Shown piece after piece: positions 23,330 to 50,000 of a stretch of DNA of 64,000 nucleotides. How positions within the stretch are numbered: the first letter of the stretch is position 1; each line of letters begins with the position of its first letter. The translations under genes and the position numbers were made by a program. The notes under the pieces are model-generated. The model was given only the letters and a program-made list of their open reading frames with translations. It was not told the DNA's origin and ran no database searches. The stretch lies in assembly GCA_030141605.1 (NCBI GenBank), contig JAQGDQ010000556.1, positions 1-64,000 of the forward strand, given 5' to 3'. The stretch comes from Tubiluchus corallicola. Taxonomy: Eukaryota; Animalia; Priapulida.

Positions 23330-23815
23330 CTGCATCCATTAATAAACGAAGCCACTCACATTTCAGCAGAGTCAAAATCATGTTTAGATCTTATCATTAC
23401 AAATACTCCAAACTGGTTTGCTGGGATGTTTGTACAGACAGCGACTGCTGATGCATGCAGACACTGTCCTATATTGAGCCGTATAAAATTTATATACGTA
23501 TTAAGTAAAAAGGTATGTGAGGAAAATTTAGAAGTATCAAAATGTTGGTACTCCATATTTTTTCGAATCAATTATCAAGTGTCATCTGGATGCTTTAATA
23601 ACTCTCAATGTAAACCAAACATGCAAGTTAATTATTGATGCAATTACAAACTGTGTTGTGGATCTATCTCAAATCAAACAGTATTGATTCATCCCGGGAA
23701 ATGATCCTTGCATGAATCCCAAAATAAGAACACAAACTCTTCGTCGCAACAGGTTGTATAATAAATCTAAGGAAAACTCCTAACACTCCACATTGGGATC
23801 AAAGTTGTAAGAAAT
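23330..23815 (+). mobile_element. Degenerate LINE endonuclease/linker fragment
   Basis: Reads SKSCLDLIITNTP...DACRHCPI (APE endonuclease C-terminal motif) with downstream PCMNPKIR...RRNRLY. Multiple stops. Confidence 0.55.
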
Positions 23816-25531
23816 GTCAGGTCAGGATGTGGAATTAACAGACACAGAATCATCTTTTTGCGGATTTTAAAAATTTTGAATTTTAATTTTTACGATTTTT
23901 TTATAATTTTCGCTAACACGGGACCCTATAGGAGAAAAAGTTTCATACAACATCTCCTTTGAAATCGCCAAGTGGATTCACTCTAATGGATCATCCTAAG
24001 AATAGTAGAACAAAACAGATGTGGATCAAAACTGCATATAGTACAATATTTCCACGATGGTTCATGCATGATTAGCACTTTAAATAGATCATTTCAAAAA
24101 GTGAAATTAAACAAATAAACATTACACATTAATAGCACATTAAATTAAATGAACGTTTTAATTAAAACCCCAAGCATCAAGAATTAGGAATTCTAAATTG
24201 CTAATAAGTTTCAGGAAATAAGTCTAATAAGAGTTGTAAAGTTAAAATTCAAAAAATTTATAAAGTATAATTGAAAAATGAACAATTTAAAGATTGAAAA
24301 ACAGTTAAAAATTATTTACTAAATGTAACAGAACTAGATTAGGGGTAAAACAACATTTTAGACTAAAAGTACTACGAAGTAAAAGTACTAATAAAAGTCA
24401 CACCCAATTAAGAAAAATAAAATATTTAAAATTATCATTGCTAAACAGTAAATAAGATTAAAACTACATAAGGTCAAAATTAAGGTGATTAAAGATTAAA
24501 ATCAGAATGATAAAATCTAAAAGTTAATAAGATTTCAAAAATGACACAGCAGATTAAAATATAATTGAATTTAAAATAGTATTAAGCAATGGTTTCTTTA
24601 ACTGTTTTTCTGATAAACCATATAAAAGTTGTTAAATGATTTCCAAAATTTTCGAGATTTGCATTTTTTAAGATTTTTTTAAATTTTTGTCATTTTTTCC
24701 TTAGTTTAGTATTTGGGTCATCCTTTATAGCTTGCATTTTATTATTATTATAATAGAAAATGTATACGGCAGAGTTTAAGCCAACCAAATTATCAACATG
24801 TAGTCAGTAAGTCATTCATTTGAAAATAATTTGTATTGCTCACTTTGATATTAAATAATTAAGAGGCGTATATATTTTCAAACTTTCTGAGACCAGGCCC
24901 AGAGCTTTATATAGTCTAGGGCCCCACCAAGTCTAAATCTGGCACCAGACCTACAGTCACCATGCCTACATCATGTACTGTAATCTGAGTAGAATGGTTA
25001 ATAGAATTCGGCAAGAATAATATTGTGATCTACATTATACCATGTTTGCTAAGCCATGTTGTGTGCAGCGTTCTGCTAAGGTAACACAAGCAATTTAGCA
25101 TTTTTGCTGAAACTAGCAGTTAAAATCGTAATGTGGCGAACGCTTTCACGTAGAACTTCTCTCTTGAGAGGCTGTTCCAGACAGGCGAGATAATTTCAAT
25201 CTGATTCTTAAAAACTGTAGCGGGAATTTGGTTCCACTTATGCGATAATTCGAGTTACAGATTACGAGTTACACGATGTCTATTAAAGGGAAAAATGAAA
25301 GAAAAATCCGTTCCACAAGATCTGTTCGAGATACGCAAGAATTCGAGTTATACCAGTTCAAGTTATACATAGTTTACTGTATCAGATAAACAACTAACTT
25401 TTACAATGAGATATCTCGCATATCGAACATACTCCAGTCAATTTTATCATTTAGTTTCCATTTAGCAAATCCATTCTTAACTGATAAATGATTATCATCT
25501 ACAAATAGGTCAGCACATAAACTATTGATTT

Positions 25532-26914
25532 TCACATAAACTTCTTGTAAGCAAGCTCGCTAATAAATGTAAACAATGCTACACCGATTCCAGACATCAA
25601 CACCCAAAAAACCACGTTAAGTTGCTCCACATTAATTGATAATGTGCCTACATAGTGAACAGTTGAGTCTAAACATTTTTCCGATGGCTGCAGTAACTGT
25701 TGTAGCAGTTTGTCCACAAGACCGTGTTCTTTTAATGTAGCAAGAACAAAATTTAAGACTTCTGTATAGTTACTTTTCTTTGGTACAACTAATCCTGATG
25801 GTGACGAGAATTTCAACAACGGGGAAACGGAAAATCTGCATTTTTCATATAATTCATAATCCTTGATTAAGAAGAGCTTTGCATTTGTCTCTTCTGTGAA
25901 GAAGGTGTATTTTCCAGTAGATGTCAGCTCTAATGCCGCTTCTTCCTTGTCAGCAGGTACATTAGGATCCGCTTTCATTCTCTGCCACAGTTGTCTAAAT
26001 TCTGGTCTGTATTTCATTTGCATGGTGGCAGCCAACTGACCTAGTGTAACAGGAACTATGTCACTGTCTATCAACTCTTGCAATGTAGAGAATGAATGAA
26101 CTTGCTTGCTTACAAATAATTTACTAACCAGTGTGCCCGTGTACATGGCTGTGATGATGCAAGCAAAAATCCACCACCATCCGATAAGCATCCTAGCAGA
26201 TAAACATTGTGGTAAATATGTTCCACCTTGTTGGAGGTATGTCGATAGTGTGAACCGAGTAAAGTACGCCTTACTTTCATTCTTTATCACTGATTTTTCC
26301 AGTTTTCTTTGGCATTTGCTGCATTTTATAATCTCTTCCTCGTTGTACGGCAGGTTTTTGCTGTAGTCAATATAGTAAAGTATTGTACCCACTACTATGC
26401 CATATAATAGCAGAAGCAGCCACACGAGTGTGGTGAATGGGTCTATTATACTAAAACCTTGTAATTGATGTCTTTTTGTAATAAATACATGAGAACTATG
26501 AGCAAGTGGGTGAAGAAACGTCATACTTTTTGCTCTTTCTGGTAACATTGTGGATAATCCCAAAAGCAAGTCGAATTCTTCTGTATCAATTGCATTTTTT
26601 AGAGTTTCCGAATTTTTGATGTATGTCACCTTGTATGTGAAGTTTGCTGCTTGGCTGAGCATCGTGAGCAGCCGATCCAGATATGGCTTCGTAACATCTT
26701 CTCTCCATGCTTTTACTCGAAGCAACTCTCCGTGGAGTGAATAACCCTGTGTTCTGGAGTTTTTGCCATAAAACGCATCTAAATTGTACTGGTGATACAA
26801 GCTGTTACAATTTTCAGTCCTTGTTTTAGTTTTACACAGCGTTCCTTTGATGCAAAAACATTCAAGGAAATAAAAAACAATTACACACGTTTTGAGAAAT
26901 GATGCAAATGACAT
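25532..26914 (-). CDS. Intronless divergent ionotropic receptor (IR, iGluR-like chemoreceptor), 460 aa
   Basis: Hydrophobic N-terminus; S1 (DLLLGLSTMLPERAKSMTF); pre-M1/M1 (DPFTTLVWLLLLL); M3 (ARMLIGWWWIFACIITAMYTGTLVSKL, an SYTANL equivalent); S2 (TLQEL...FFTEE...GLVVPKKSNY...LKEHGLVDKL); and M4. No amino-terminal domain. Confidence 0.9.
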   Translation of the reverse strand: MSFASFLKTCVIVFYFLECFCIKGTLCKTKTRTENCNSLYHQYNLDAFYGKNSRTQGYSLHGELLRVKAWREDVTKPYLDRLLTMLSQAANFTYKVTYIKNSETLKNAIDTEEFDLLLGLSTMLPERAKSMTFLHPLAHSSHVFITKRHQLQGFSIIDPFTTLVWLLLLLYGIVVGTILYYIDYSKNLPYNEEEIIKCSKCQRKLEKSVIKNESKAYFTRFTLSTYLQQGGTYLPQCLSARMLIGWWWIFACIITAMYTGTLVSKLFVSKQVHSFSTLQELIDSDIVPVTLGQLAATMQMKYRPEFRQLWQRMKADPNVPADKEEAALELTSTGKYTFFTEETNAKLFLIKDYELYEKCRFSVSPLLKFSSPSGLVVPKKSNYTEVLNFVLATLKEHGLVDKLLQQLLQPSEKCLDSTVHYVGTLSINVEQLNVVFWVLMSGIGVALFTFISELAYKKFM

Positions 26915-27207
26915 TTTTTGCTTTGGAAAATGGAATTATAAACCTTAGCTGATTCACGTTATACAGTTATAATATGGTTATGCAGCGAAGATGAAAATGT
27001 TTTCAGCTGACCACTATTATACTACAATGCCAATATGTGATGATCGATTACTTTGTAAATATATTTGCATTAATCATAATCGTCTGTACGCTAATTGACA
27101 GGGTGCCAATCTATATGTATGTTTTGTCTGTCAAACTGTCTGGTGTTTAATTAGGCTTCTCCTGTTGCCTGCTGTGTTAATATTACCACCTAGTTAATGT
27201 TACCTCA

Positions 27208-28183
27208 ACACCTATTGTTCATAAAGCCTACATACAGTACTCGGCACAACTAGTGTTCATGCTGCCTACACGCAGTACTCGGCACACCTATTGTTCATAC
27301 AGCCTACATACAGTACTCAGCACACTTATTGTTCATACAGCCTACATACAGTACAGTACTCGGTACACTTATTGTCCATACAGCCTACACACAGTACTCG
27401 GTACATTTATTGTTCATACAGCCTACACACAGTACTCCGTACACCTATTGTTCATACAGCCTACACACAGTACTCGGCACACTTATTGTTCATACAGCCT
27501 ACATACAATACTCGGTACACCTATTGTTCATACAGCCTACATGCAGTTTAAATAATGGTACACCTATTGTTCATACAGCCTACACACAGTACTCGGTACA
27601 CTTATTGTTCATACAGCCTACACACAGTACTCGGTACACTTATTGTTCATACAGCCTACGCACAGTACTCGGTACACCTGTTGTTCATACTGCCTACGCA
27701 CAGTACTCGGTACACCTATTGTTCATACAGCCTACATACAGTTTAAATAATGGCACACCTATTGTTCATACAGCCTACACACAGTACTCGGTACACCAAT
27801 TGTTCATACAGCCTACACACAGTACTCGGTACACTTATTGTCCATACAGCCTACACACAGTACTCGGTACACTTATTGTTCATACAGCCTACACACAGTA
27901 CTCGGTACACTTATTGTTCATACAGCCTACACACAGTACTCGGCACACTTATTGTTCATACTGCCTACGCACAGTACTCGGTACACCTATTGTTCATACA
28001 GCCTACATAGTTTAAATAATGGTACACCTATTGTTCATACAGCCTACACACAGTACTCGGTACACCTATTGTTCATACAGCCTACACACAGTACTCGGCA
28101 CACCTATTGTTCATACAGCCTATATACAGTACTCGGCACGCCTATTGTTCATACAGCTTACACGCAGTTTAAATAATGGTACA
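27208..28183. repeat. 38-bp minisatellite, about 25 copies (ACACCTATTGTTCATACAGCCTACACACAGTACTCGGT)
   Basis: Directly visible. A longer variant unit containing CAGTTTAAATAATGG recurs at about 27544, 27739, 28008 and 28166. Confidence 0.95.
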
Positions 28184-28356
28184 GTAACATTACACAGCTC
28201 TGTATACTGTGCTTGTTAGTATAACTGTACTGTTTCTTGCAGGTTTGTAAATTGAAGACTGATTTTTATAAGTTTATATGCTATAAATAGGTAAAGATAA
28301 TTGAAAGAAACGTTTTTATTAATAGATAAATCATTACTCAGCAATAACCGCCGTAC

Positions 28357-28492
<136 letters not shown>

Positions 28493-28891
28493 ATAAGTGC
28501 CATAGGACCTTTAAGAGGTCTTAGTCTTATTGTCAGTCTAATTAATGTGATTTCGGTCCTTTGCTTGTTGAAAGTAAGTTGCTACAATAAGCTTCTTTTA
28601 TCCCCTGGGACTCTCGCCAGTCACAGCTGGTTCCTAAGCATCGACAGTTAGTTCACATTCAGATATAATTTATTTCCATAATATAATTTATATTACGTCC
28701 AAACGTCATAAATTAGTGCACAATTACTAAGTCGTGGGAAGAGGGCGATGAAAGGTCGAGACGTCATCAAGTGAAACCATTATTCAGTGGAGATATTAAG
28801 ATTACAACTGACGAATGTTTATTGTGAATTCTAATTAAATAAAACGAAGCACCGGAATTTCAAGTAATTCAATCAAGGTAAAGCTGTGAAG

Positions 28892-31800
28892 CTTCGTTTT
28901 TTCTTACGGTCTTACGTTGCATACTCCTAGATATAAGACAGTTGTTTGTAAATCGAGTTTTTCCCCCGAGTTTCTTACCTGTGGAATTCGTGAATTTCAA
29001 GCAGTCAGGAAAACATAAAAGCAAGTACTACTTCGTTTTTTCTTACGGTCTTACGTTGCACACTCCTAGATATAAGACAGTTGTTTGTAAATCGAGTTTT
29101 TCCCCCGAGTTTCTTACCTGTGGAATTCATGAATTTCAAGCAGTCAGGAAAATATAAAAGCAAGTACTACATCGTTTTTTCTTACGGTCTTACGTTGCAC
29201 ACTCCTAGATATAAGACAGTTGTTTGTAAATCGAGTTTTTCCCCCGAGTTTCTTACCTGTGGAATTCGTGAATTTCAAGCAGTCAGGAAAACATAAAAGC
29301 AAGTACTACTTCGTTTTTTCTTACGGTCTTACGTTGCATACTCCTAGATATAAGACAGTTGTTTGTAAATCGAGTTTTTCCCCCGAGTTTCTTACCTGTG
29401 GAATTCATGAATTTCAAGCAGTCAGGAAAATATAAAAGCAAGTACTACATCGTTTTTTCTTACGGTCTTACGTTGCACACTCCTAGATATAAGACAGTTG
29501 TTTGTAAATCGAGTTTTTCCCCCGAGTTTCTTACCTGTGGAATTCGAGAATTTCAAGCAGTCAGGAAAACATAAAAGCAAGTACTTCTTCGTTTTTTCTT
29601 ACGGTCTTACGTTGCACACTCCTAGATATAAGACAGTTGTTTGTAAATCGAGTTTTTCCCCCGAGTTTCTTACCTGTGGAATTCGTGAATTTCAAGCAGT
29701 CAGGAAAACATAAAAGCAAGTACTACTTCGTTTTTTCTTACGGTCTTACGTTGCATACTTCTAGATATAAGACAGTTGTTTGTGAATCGAGTTTTTCCCC
29801 CGAGTTTCTTACCTGTGGAATTCGAGAATTTCAAACAGTCAGGAAAACATAAAAGCAAGTACTACTTCGTTTTTTCTTACGGTCTTACGTTGCATACTTC
29901 TAGATATAAGGCAGTTGTTTGTGAATCGAGTTTTTCCCCCGAGTTTCTTACCTGTGGAATTCATGAATTTCAAGCAGTCAGGAAAACATAAAAGCAAGTA
30001 CTACATCGTTTTTTCTTACGGTCTTACGTTGCACACTCCTAGATATAAGACAGTTGTTTGTAAATCGAGTTTTTCCCCCGAGTTTCTTACCTGTGGAATT
30101 CGTGAATTTCAAGCAGTCAGGAAAACATAAAAGCAAGTACTACTTCGTTTTTTCTTACGGTCTTACGTTGCACACTCCTAGATATAAGACAGTTGTTTGT
30201 GAATCGAGTTTTTCCCCCGAGTTTCTTACCTGTGGAATTCGTGAATTTCAAGCAGTCAGGAAAACATAAAAGCAAGTACTACTTCGTTTTTTCTTACGGT
30301 CTTACGTTGCACACTCCTAGATATAAGACAGTTGTTTGTAAATCGAGTTTTTCCCCCGAGTTTCTTACCTGTGGAATTCATGAATTTCAAGCAGTCAGGA
30401 AAACATAAAAGTAAGTACCACTTCGTTTTTTCTTACGGTCTTACGTTGCACACTCCTAGATATAAGACAGTTGTTTGTGAATCGAGTTTTTCCCCCGAGT
30501 TTCTTACCTGTGGAATTCGTGAATTTCAAGCAGTCAGGAAAACATAAAAGTAAGTACTACTTCGTTTTTTCTTACGTTCTTACGTTGCACACTCCTAGAT
30601 ATAAGACAGTTGTTTGTATACCGAGTTTTTCCCCGAGTTTCTTACCTGTGGAATTCATGAATTTCAAGCAGTTAGGAAAACATAAAAGTAAGTACCACTT
30701 CGTTTCTTCTTACGTTCTTACGTTGCACACTCCTAGATATAAGACAGTTGTTTGTAAATCGAGTTTTCCCCCGAGTTTCTTACCTGTGGAATTCATGAAT
30801 TTCAAGCAGTCAGGAAAACATAAAAGTAAGTACTACTTCGTTTTTTCTTACGGTCTTACGTTGCATACTCCTAGATATAAGACAGTTGTTTGTAAATCGA
30901 GGTTTTCCCCCCGAGTTTCTTACCTGTGGAATTCGTGAATTTCAAGCAGTCAGGAAAACATAAAAGCAAGTACTACTTCGTTTTTTCTTACGGTCTTACG
31001 TTGCATACTTCTAGATATAAGACAGTTGTTTGTATACCGAGTTTTTCCCCCGAGTTTCTTACCTGTGGAATTCATGAATTTCAAACAGTCAGGAAAACAT
31101 AAAAACAAGTACCACTTCGTTTTTTCTTACGGTCTTACGTTGCACACTCCTAGATATGACAGTTGTTTGTAAATCGAGTTTTTCCCCCGAGTTTCTTACC
31201 TGTGGAATTCATGAATTTCAAGCAGCCAGGAAAACATAAAAGTAAGTACTACTTCGTTTTTTCTTACGGTCTTACGTTGCACACTCCTAGATATGACAGT
31301 TGTTTGTATACCGAGTTTTTCCCCCGAGTTTCTTACCTGTGGAATTCATGAATTTCAAGCAGTTAGGAAAACATAAAGTAGTACCACTTCGTTTTTCTTT
31401 ACGTTGCACACTCCTAGATATAACAGTTGTTTGTAAATCGAGTTTTCCCCCAGTTTCTTACCTGTGGAATTCATGAATTTCAAGCAGTCAGGAAAACATA
31501 AAAGTAAGTACTACTTCGTTTTTTCTTACGTTCTTACGTTGCACACTCCTAGATATGACAGTTGTTTGTATACCGAGTTTTTCCCCCGAGTTTCTTACCT
31601 GTGGAATTCATGAATTTCAAGCAGTTAGGAAAACATAAAAGTAAGTACCACTTCGTTTTTTCTTACGTTGCACACTCCTAGATATAAGACAGTTGTTTGT
31701 AAATCGAGTTTTTCCCCCGAGTTTCTTACCTGTGGAATTCGTGAATTTCAAGCAGTCAGGAAAACATAAAAGCAAGTACTACTTCGTTTTTTCTTACGGT

Positions 31801-32835
31801 CTTACGTTGCACACTCCTAGATATAAGACAGTTGTTTGTGAATCGAGTTTTTCCCCCGAGTTTCTTACCTGTGGAATTCGTGAATTTCAAGCAGTCAGGA
31901 AAACATAAAAGTACTACTTCGTTTTTTCTTACGGTCTTACGTTGCATACTCCTAGATATAAGACAGTTGTTTGTAAATCGAGGTTTTCCCCCCGAGTTTC
32001 TTACCTGTGGAATTCGTGAATTTCAAGCAGTCAGGAAAACATAAAAGCAAGTACTACTTCGTTTTTTCTTACGGTCTTACGTTGCACACTCCTAGATATG
32101 ACAGTTGTTTGTATACCGAGTTTTTCCCCCGAGTTTCTTACCTGTGGAATTCATGAATTTCAAGCAGTTAGGAAAACATAAAAGTAAGTACCACTTCGTT
32201 TTTTCTTACGTTCTTACGTTGCACACTCCTAGATATAAGACAGTTGTTTGTAAATCGAGTTTTCCCCCGAGTTTCTTACCTGTGGAATTCATGAATTTCA
32301 AGCAGTCAGGAAAACATAAAAGTAAGTACTACTTCGTTTTTTCTTACGTTCTTACGTTGCACACTCCTAGATATGACAGTTGTTTGTATACCGAGTTTTT
32401 CCCCCGAGTTTTTTACCTGTGGAATTCATGAATTTCAAGCAGTTAGGAAAACATAAAAGTAAGTACCACTTCGTTTTTTCTTACGTTGCACACTCCTAGA
32501 TATAAGACAGTTGTTTGTAAATCGAGTTTTTCCCCCGAGTTTCTTACCTGTGGAATTCATGAATTTCAAGCAGTCAGCAAAACATAAAAGTAAGTACTAC
32601 TTCGTTTTTTCTTACGGTCTTACGTTGCACACTCCTAGATATAAGACAGTTGTTTGTAAATCGAGTTTTTCCCCCGAGTTTCTTACCTGTGGAATTCGAG
32701 AATTTCAAGCAGTCAGGAAAACATAAAAGTAAGTACCACTTCGTTTTTTCTTACGGCCTTACGTTGCACACTCTTAGATATAAGACAATTGTTTGTATAT
32801 CGAGTTTTTCCCCCGAGTTTCTTACCTGTGGAATT
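28892..32835 (+). repeat. 139-bp satellite array, about 28 copies
   Basis: ORF-track starts recur at a 139-bp period (28942, 29081, 29220...). Units are highly similar with no unique spacers. Confidence 0.97.
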
Positions 32836-33073
32836 ATCTGTCAAAGACTTTTTAATTGTCATTTTTTTATATCTAATAGGGAAGGTTAACTCGCCAACAT
32901 GGGAAAATAATTGGGCTTTTGTTGACTACTGTTCACTAGTTGTAAAAGTTGCAGGGTTTAGGCGCTGTCAAGTTCCATTAGTTCTTTACACAAAAATAAC
33001 ACGTAACTATTGTTTTTTTTCTGTAGCACGAATCAGGGTACCTTGAAACATTGCAAAAACCAAATGCAAATTA

Positions 33074-33591
33074 CAGTCAACCTCGGTTATAAGCTACTCG
33101 CTTATAAGGGACCACCAACACCGGTCCCGATTTTGCGTAATGCTTTTCCTTATAAAAATCTTCGTACGTATATATGGTACTCGGATATAAGGGACTTTCG
33201 GTTATAAGGGACGATATCTTCAGGTCCCGCGTAATAGAAACTCAGGTAAATTACCTCGCATATAAGGGACCCTATGATCAAAGCGAAGTTGATCGATTTT
33301 TAACCTCAATTTTTCGCAAACTCGGTCTTCGAACAGCTCGGTTTCCACGGTCACATACATCTCGCATCACTAAAGGAGCTTCCTACATACCATTTGCACT
33401 GAATGTGTAACAATAATCCATAAAAATGTGGGTAAAAGTACAGAAAAGTACACGTCTAGATACACCCTCGGTGTGACTCAACTATAAGGGACGGTTTTTC
33501 CTGTCCGGAGGTGTCCCTTATATCCGAGGTTGAGCTATGAGGGACGGTTTTTTTCCGGTCCCGAGGTGTCCCTTATATCGGAGGTTGACTG
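33074..33591. mobile_element. pogo/Tigger-like (Tc1-mariner superfamily) MITE
   Basis: TA|CAGTCAACCTCGG...GAGGTTGACTG|TA with repeated TATAAGGGAC subterminal motifs. An inverted copy lies at 45594-46147. Confidence 0.9.
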
Positions 33592-35629
33592 TACAACCTC
33601 TCCTGAACAATCATGTACTTTAGTAACATTGTGACGTCATAACGAAATGCATACTGTAAAAATATACTGTCACAATGATGAAAAGAAAAAGTAATTGCAT
33701 CATCGTGTTAATTTATACTGGATCTAAACAAGCAAACATGAACAACAAAAATGATGATGAGCACAAGAAATAGGCAAAAAACAATGTTTGACTATAACTG
33801 CGCATTTATTTACAGCTATATTTATTTCATTTCTCAAGATCACTGACGCCAATGGCAAGCTCACACACAGTACAGACAAATTCAAGCGATTTTCCAATTT
33901 ACTCACATTTAGTGGAGAAATCCATACACAAATGTGCAGTTACTACATTTAGACATGTCAAAGTCTAGAAAACAGTTGAATAGCTTTTACAATTATTCTG
34001 TAATAATGAAGTTTTTGGAAAACTACATCCGGGTAGTGTGTCTAGAGTAATAAGATTTTTAATCCTTGCCATAGAAAACAAAGACAAATACATGGGTTAC
34101 TTCGCTTGCATACTCAAAGTTCGACTTTCTTTACATAAGTTGTACAAAAAAATTTTGTCAGTATTACTTTGTTGTAACTTTTTAAAAATATTGTATAACT
34201 AGTCAAAAATTGGCAAATTCTATCTATAGCTTTGAACAGCAATATGACAGTCCCGACGCATGATAAAAACTTCAGTTCGATACAGTCACAAAGTGCAAAA
34301 AATAGCGTAAACTACTTAATCAAAAATGAAAACAGGCATTTTAATGAATTTAGGTAAACGTCACATGTCAGACTACTTCTAGTCTTTAAACAAGCACACA
34401 TTTATATAGATAATACGCATTCTTAAACAACAAAACGCTATTCATATAGTAAAACTTTACAAAAAATTTACAAACCAAAGTTTGAGAGACCATGAGTTCT
34501 CTTGCACATAAAAACAATTACTATTGGTCCGACAAGCTCAGTAATTTGAAATAATTTATTTTCCGCATACCCAGTTAACAAATTTCAAAACACTAGTTAG
34601 AACATTTCGATAAAAAACCACTGCACTTAAAATTCGCATGTCACTGCTTCAGTACACAAATGAGGTCGACCATGTTTGTTGTCAGCAGTCGACAAAATGT
34701 TTCACGATCATGACCACGTGGCGCCATCTGTTCACAAAAATTGCAACTGTACCGTACAGACGAGCCACAAACGATCAGCATTGCACGTTACCAGTACATT
34801 AACACACTCAAAATTTAATTTGCACAAGTTTAATAATAGTTCATCACAATTCCAAGTTGTAATAGCAGAATTTTATCAATGCTTTACATAACTCATGCGA
34901 TATTTTAGGAAAACAAATATAAATTTATATAAAAAATACACACGAAATAAGAGGCCAGGAGAAAGGAAGATTTTACTTCAACTATACATTAAACGCACAA
35001 AGTAATCCATGTAAGACAAAAGTTTGCCATTTCAACGTATTTGTAAATGCAAACCTATTTGCTGCTTTTTTATTAATTTAGCACATCTTTCGCCAAACAG
35101 GTGAACATTGCATTATATGATATAAAATTTTTGGAACTTTTTTATAATTAAAGAGATGCTTCATTAAAAATAAAGAGATATGTTAACGAATGAGTCACAA
35201 ACGACAATTGAACATGACTATTTTCTGGCTAAACAAGTCATATTTCGTGGTGTGGTTAATTATACGAAAACACCATAAGACCACAAGAAAAGGAATTCAC
35301 ATGAAATTACTTGAAATTTCCCTACCAACTCATGACTTGCCTGAATCTTAAACTTCATGCGCACTTAGGAATTTAAATGGCTTCGTATGCACATAAAACC
35401 TTTTACTTGTTACATTTGCAAGTGATGGTTCAATGCCGAATGCGTAGGAAGGTTTCTGCAATTTTACAATTCACTAGTTTGTTTACTAAACACTTTTGAA
35501 TTCTTAGAGATAGCTAAATAAAAAAAATGTCATAATCGTCATTATCTCCTCCGCAAATGTCAAATAAAATGAGTATTTTAGATTGTTTTTGCAGTAAAAT
35601 AATTTAACTGCTTGCTGTACCCATTCATG

Positions 35630-35838
35630 ATTCACTTTTTACCTTGAACACATTTTTTATTTGACCAGATTTCTGACGAAAACGGTTAATTATCTTTTGC
35701 GAAGTAACCACAGAATTTTATAATAGTTTGCTGTACAAATTCTTGACTCCTTTTTAGCTTGAACACATTTTTTATTTGACCAGAGTTCTGACGAAAACGG
35801 TCAATTATCTTTTGAGAACTGACCACAGAATTTTACAG
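35630..35838. repeat. About 115-bp tandem duplication downstream of the ANP32 stop (probable 3' UTR)
   Basis: TTGAACACATTTTTTATTTGACCAGA.TTCTGACGAAAACGG occurs twice. Confidence 0.8.
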
Positions 35839-36432
35839 TACTATCAGCAGGCTCTTTTGCAAGCCGCTGTAGCTTGATCGTCATTCTGTATCGTTGTAAA
35901 AATTAAAACCTGTTTCAGCTCTCTCTGAATTGCCATGGCGTTACGACAACGGATTGCATAAACAATAAGGACGCTACAATTATATATGGAAACTCAAAAA
36001 AAATGCTAGACTACACTGGCAAAGTTATAAATGCCATTCGTACTAGAATAAAGTTTACACAAAAAAATGAAAATCTGTACAGCATGTAGTTTAATAATAT
36101 CATCACTGACACATCCCAACTGTTTATAACTATATACAAGAGCGGGAAAAGAAAAAAGTTTCGCAAGTGGCAAGTTTTCGAAATATTTTCTTTAATGGTG
36201 GATTCTGCCTGTAAATTTTCCCGGAAAGATGTAGTTTTTTCCCGCTTTATGAGTGTAGAATAAACCATAAGCAGATCGTCACGTTTACAGACTATAGGAT
36301 GAAAATGCTTCCATACAAAAACGGATTGTTAATCAATTCGTGAACGCGAATTTTCTTGCCACTAGATGGCACACTGCAGAATGTCAGTGAAGTAAGAATG
36401 ACAGTATAATAATTAATTATGATAGTATGAAC

Positions 36433-50000
<13,568 letters not shown>

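Noticed and set aside
27253-28219. Overlapping HTAYTQYS-type ORFs
   Set aside because: Products of the 38-bp minisatellite cycling through frames.
28892-32835. CRISPR-like array or tandem 71-aa gene cluster
   Set aside because: Units are contiguous near-identical 139-mers with no unique spacers and no cas genes. The ORFs start at TTG, overlap, and shift frame with each unit.
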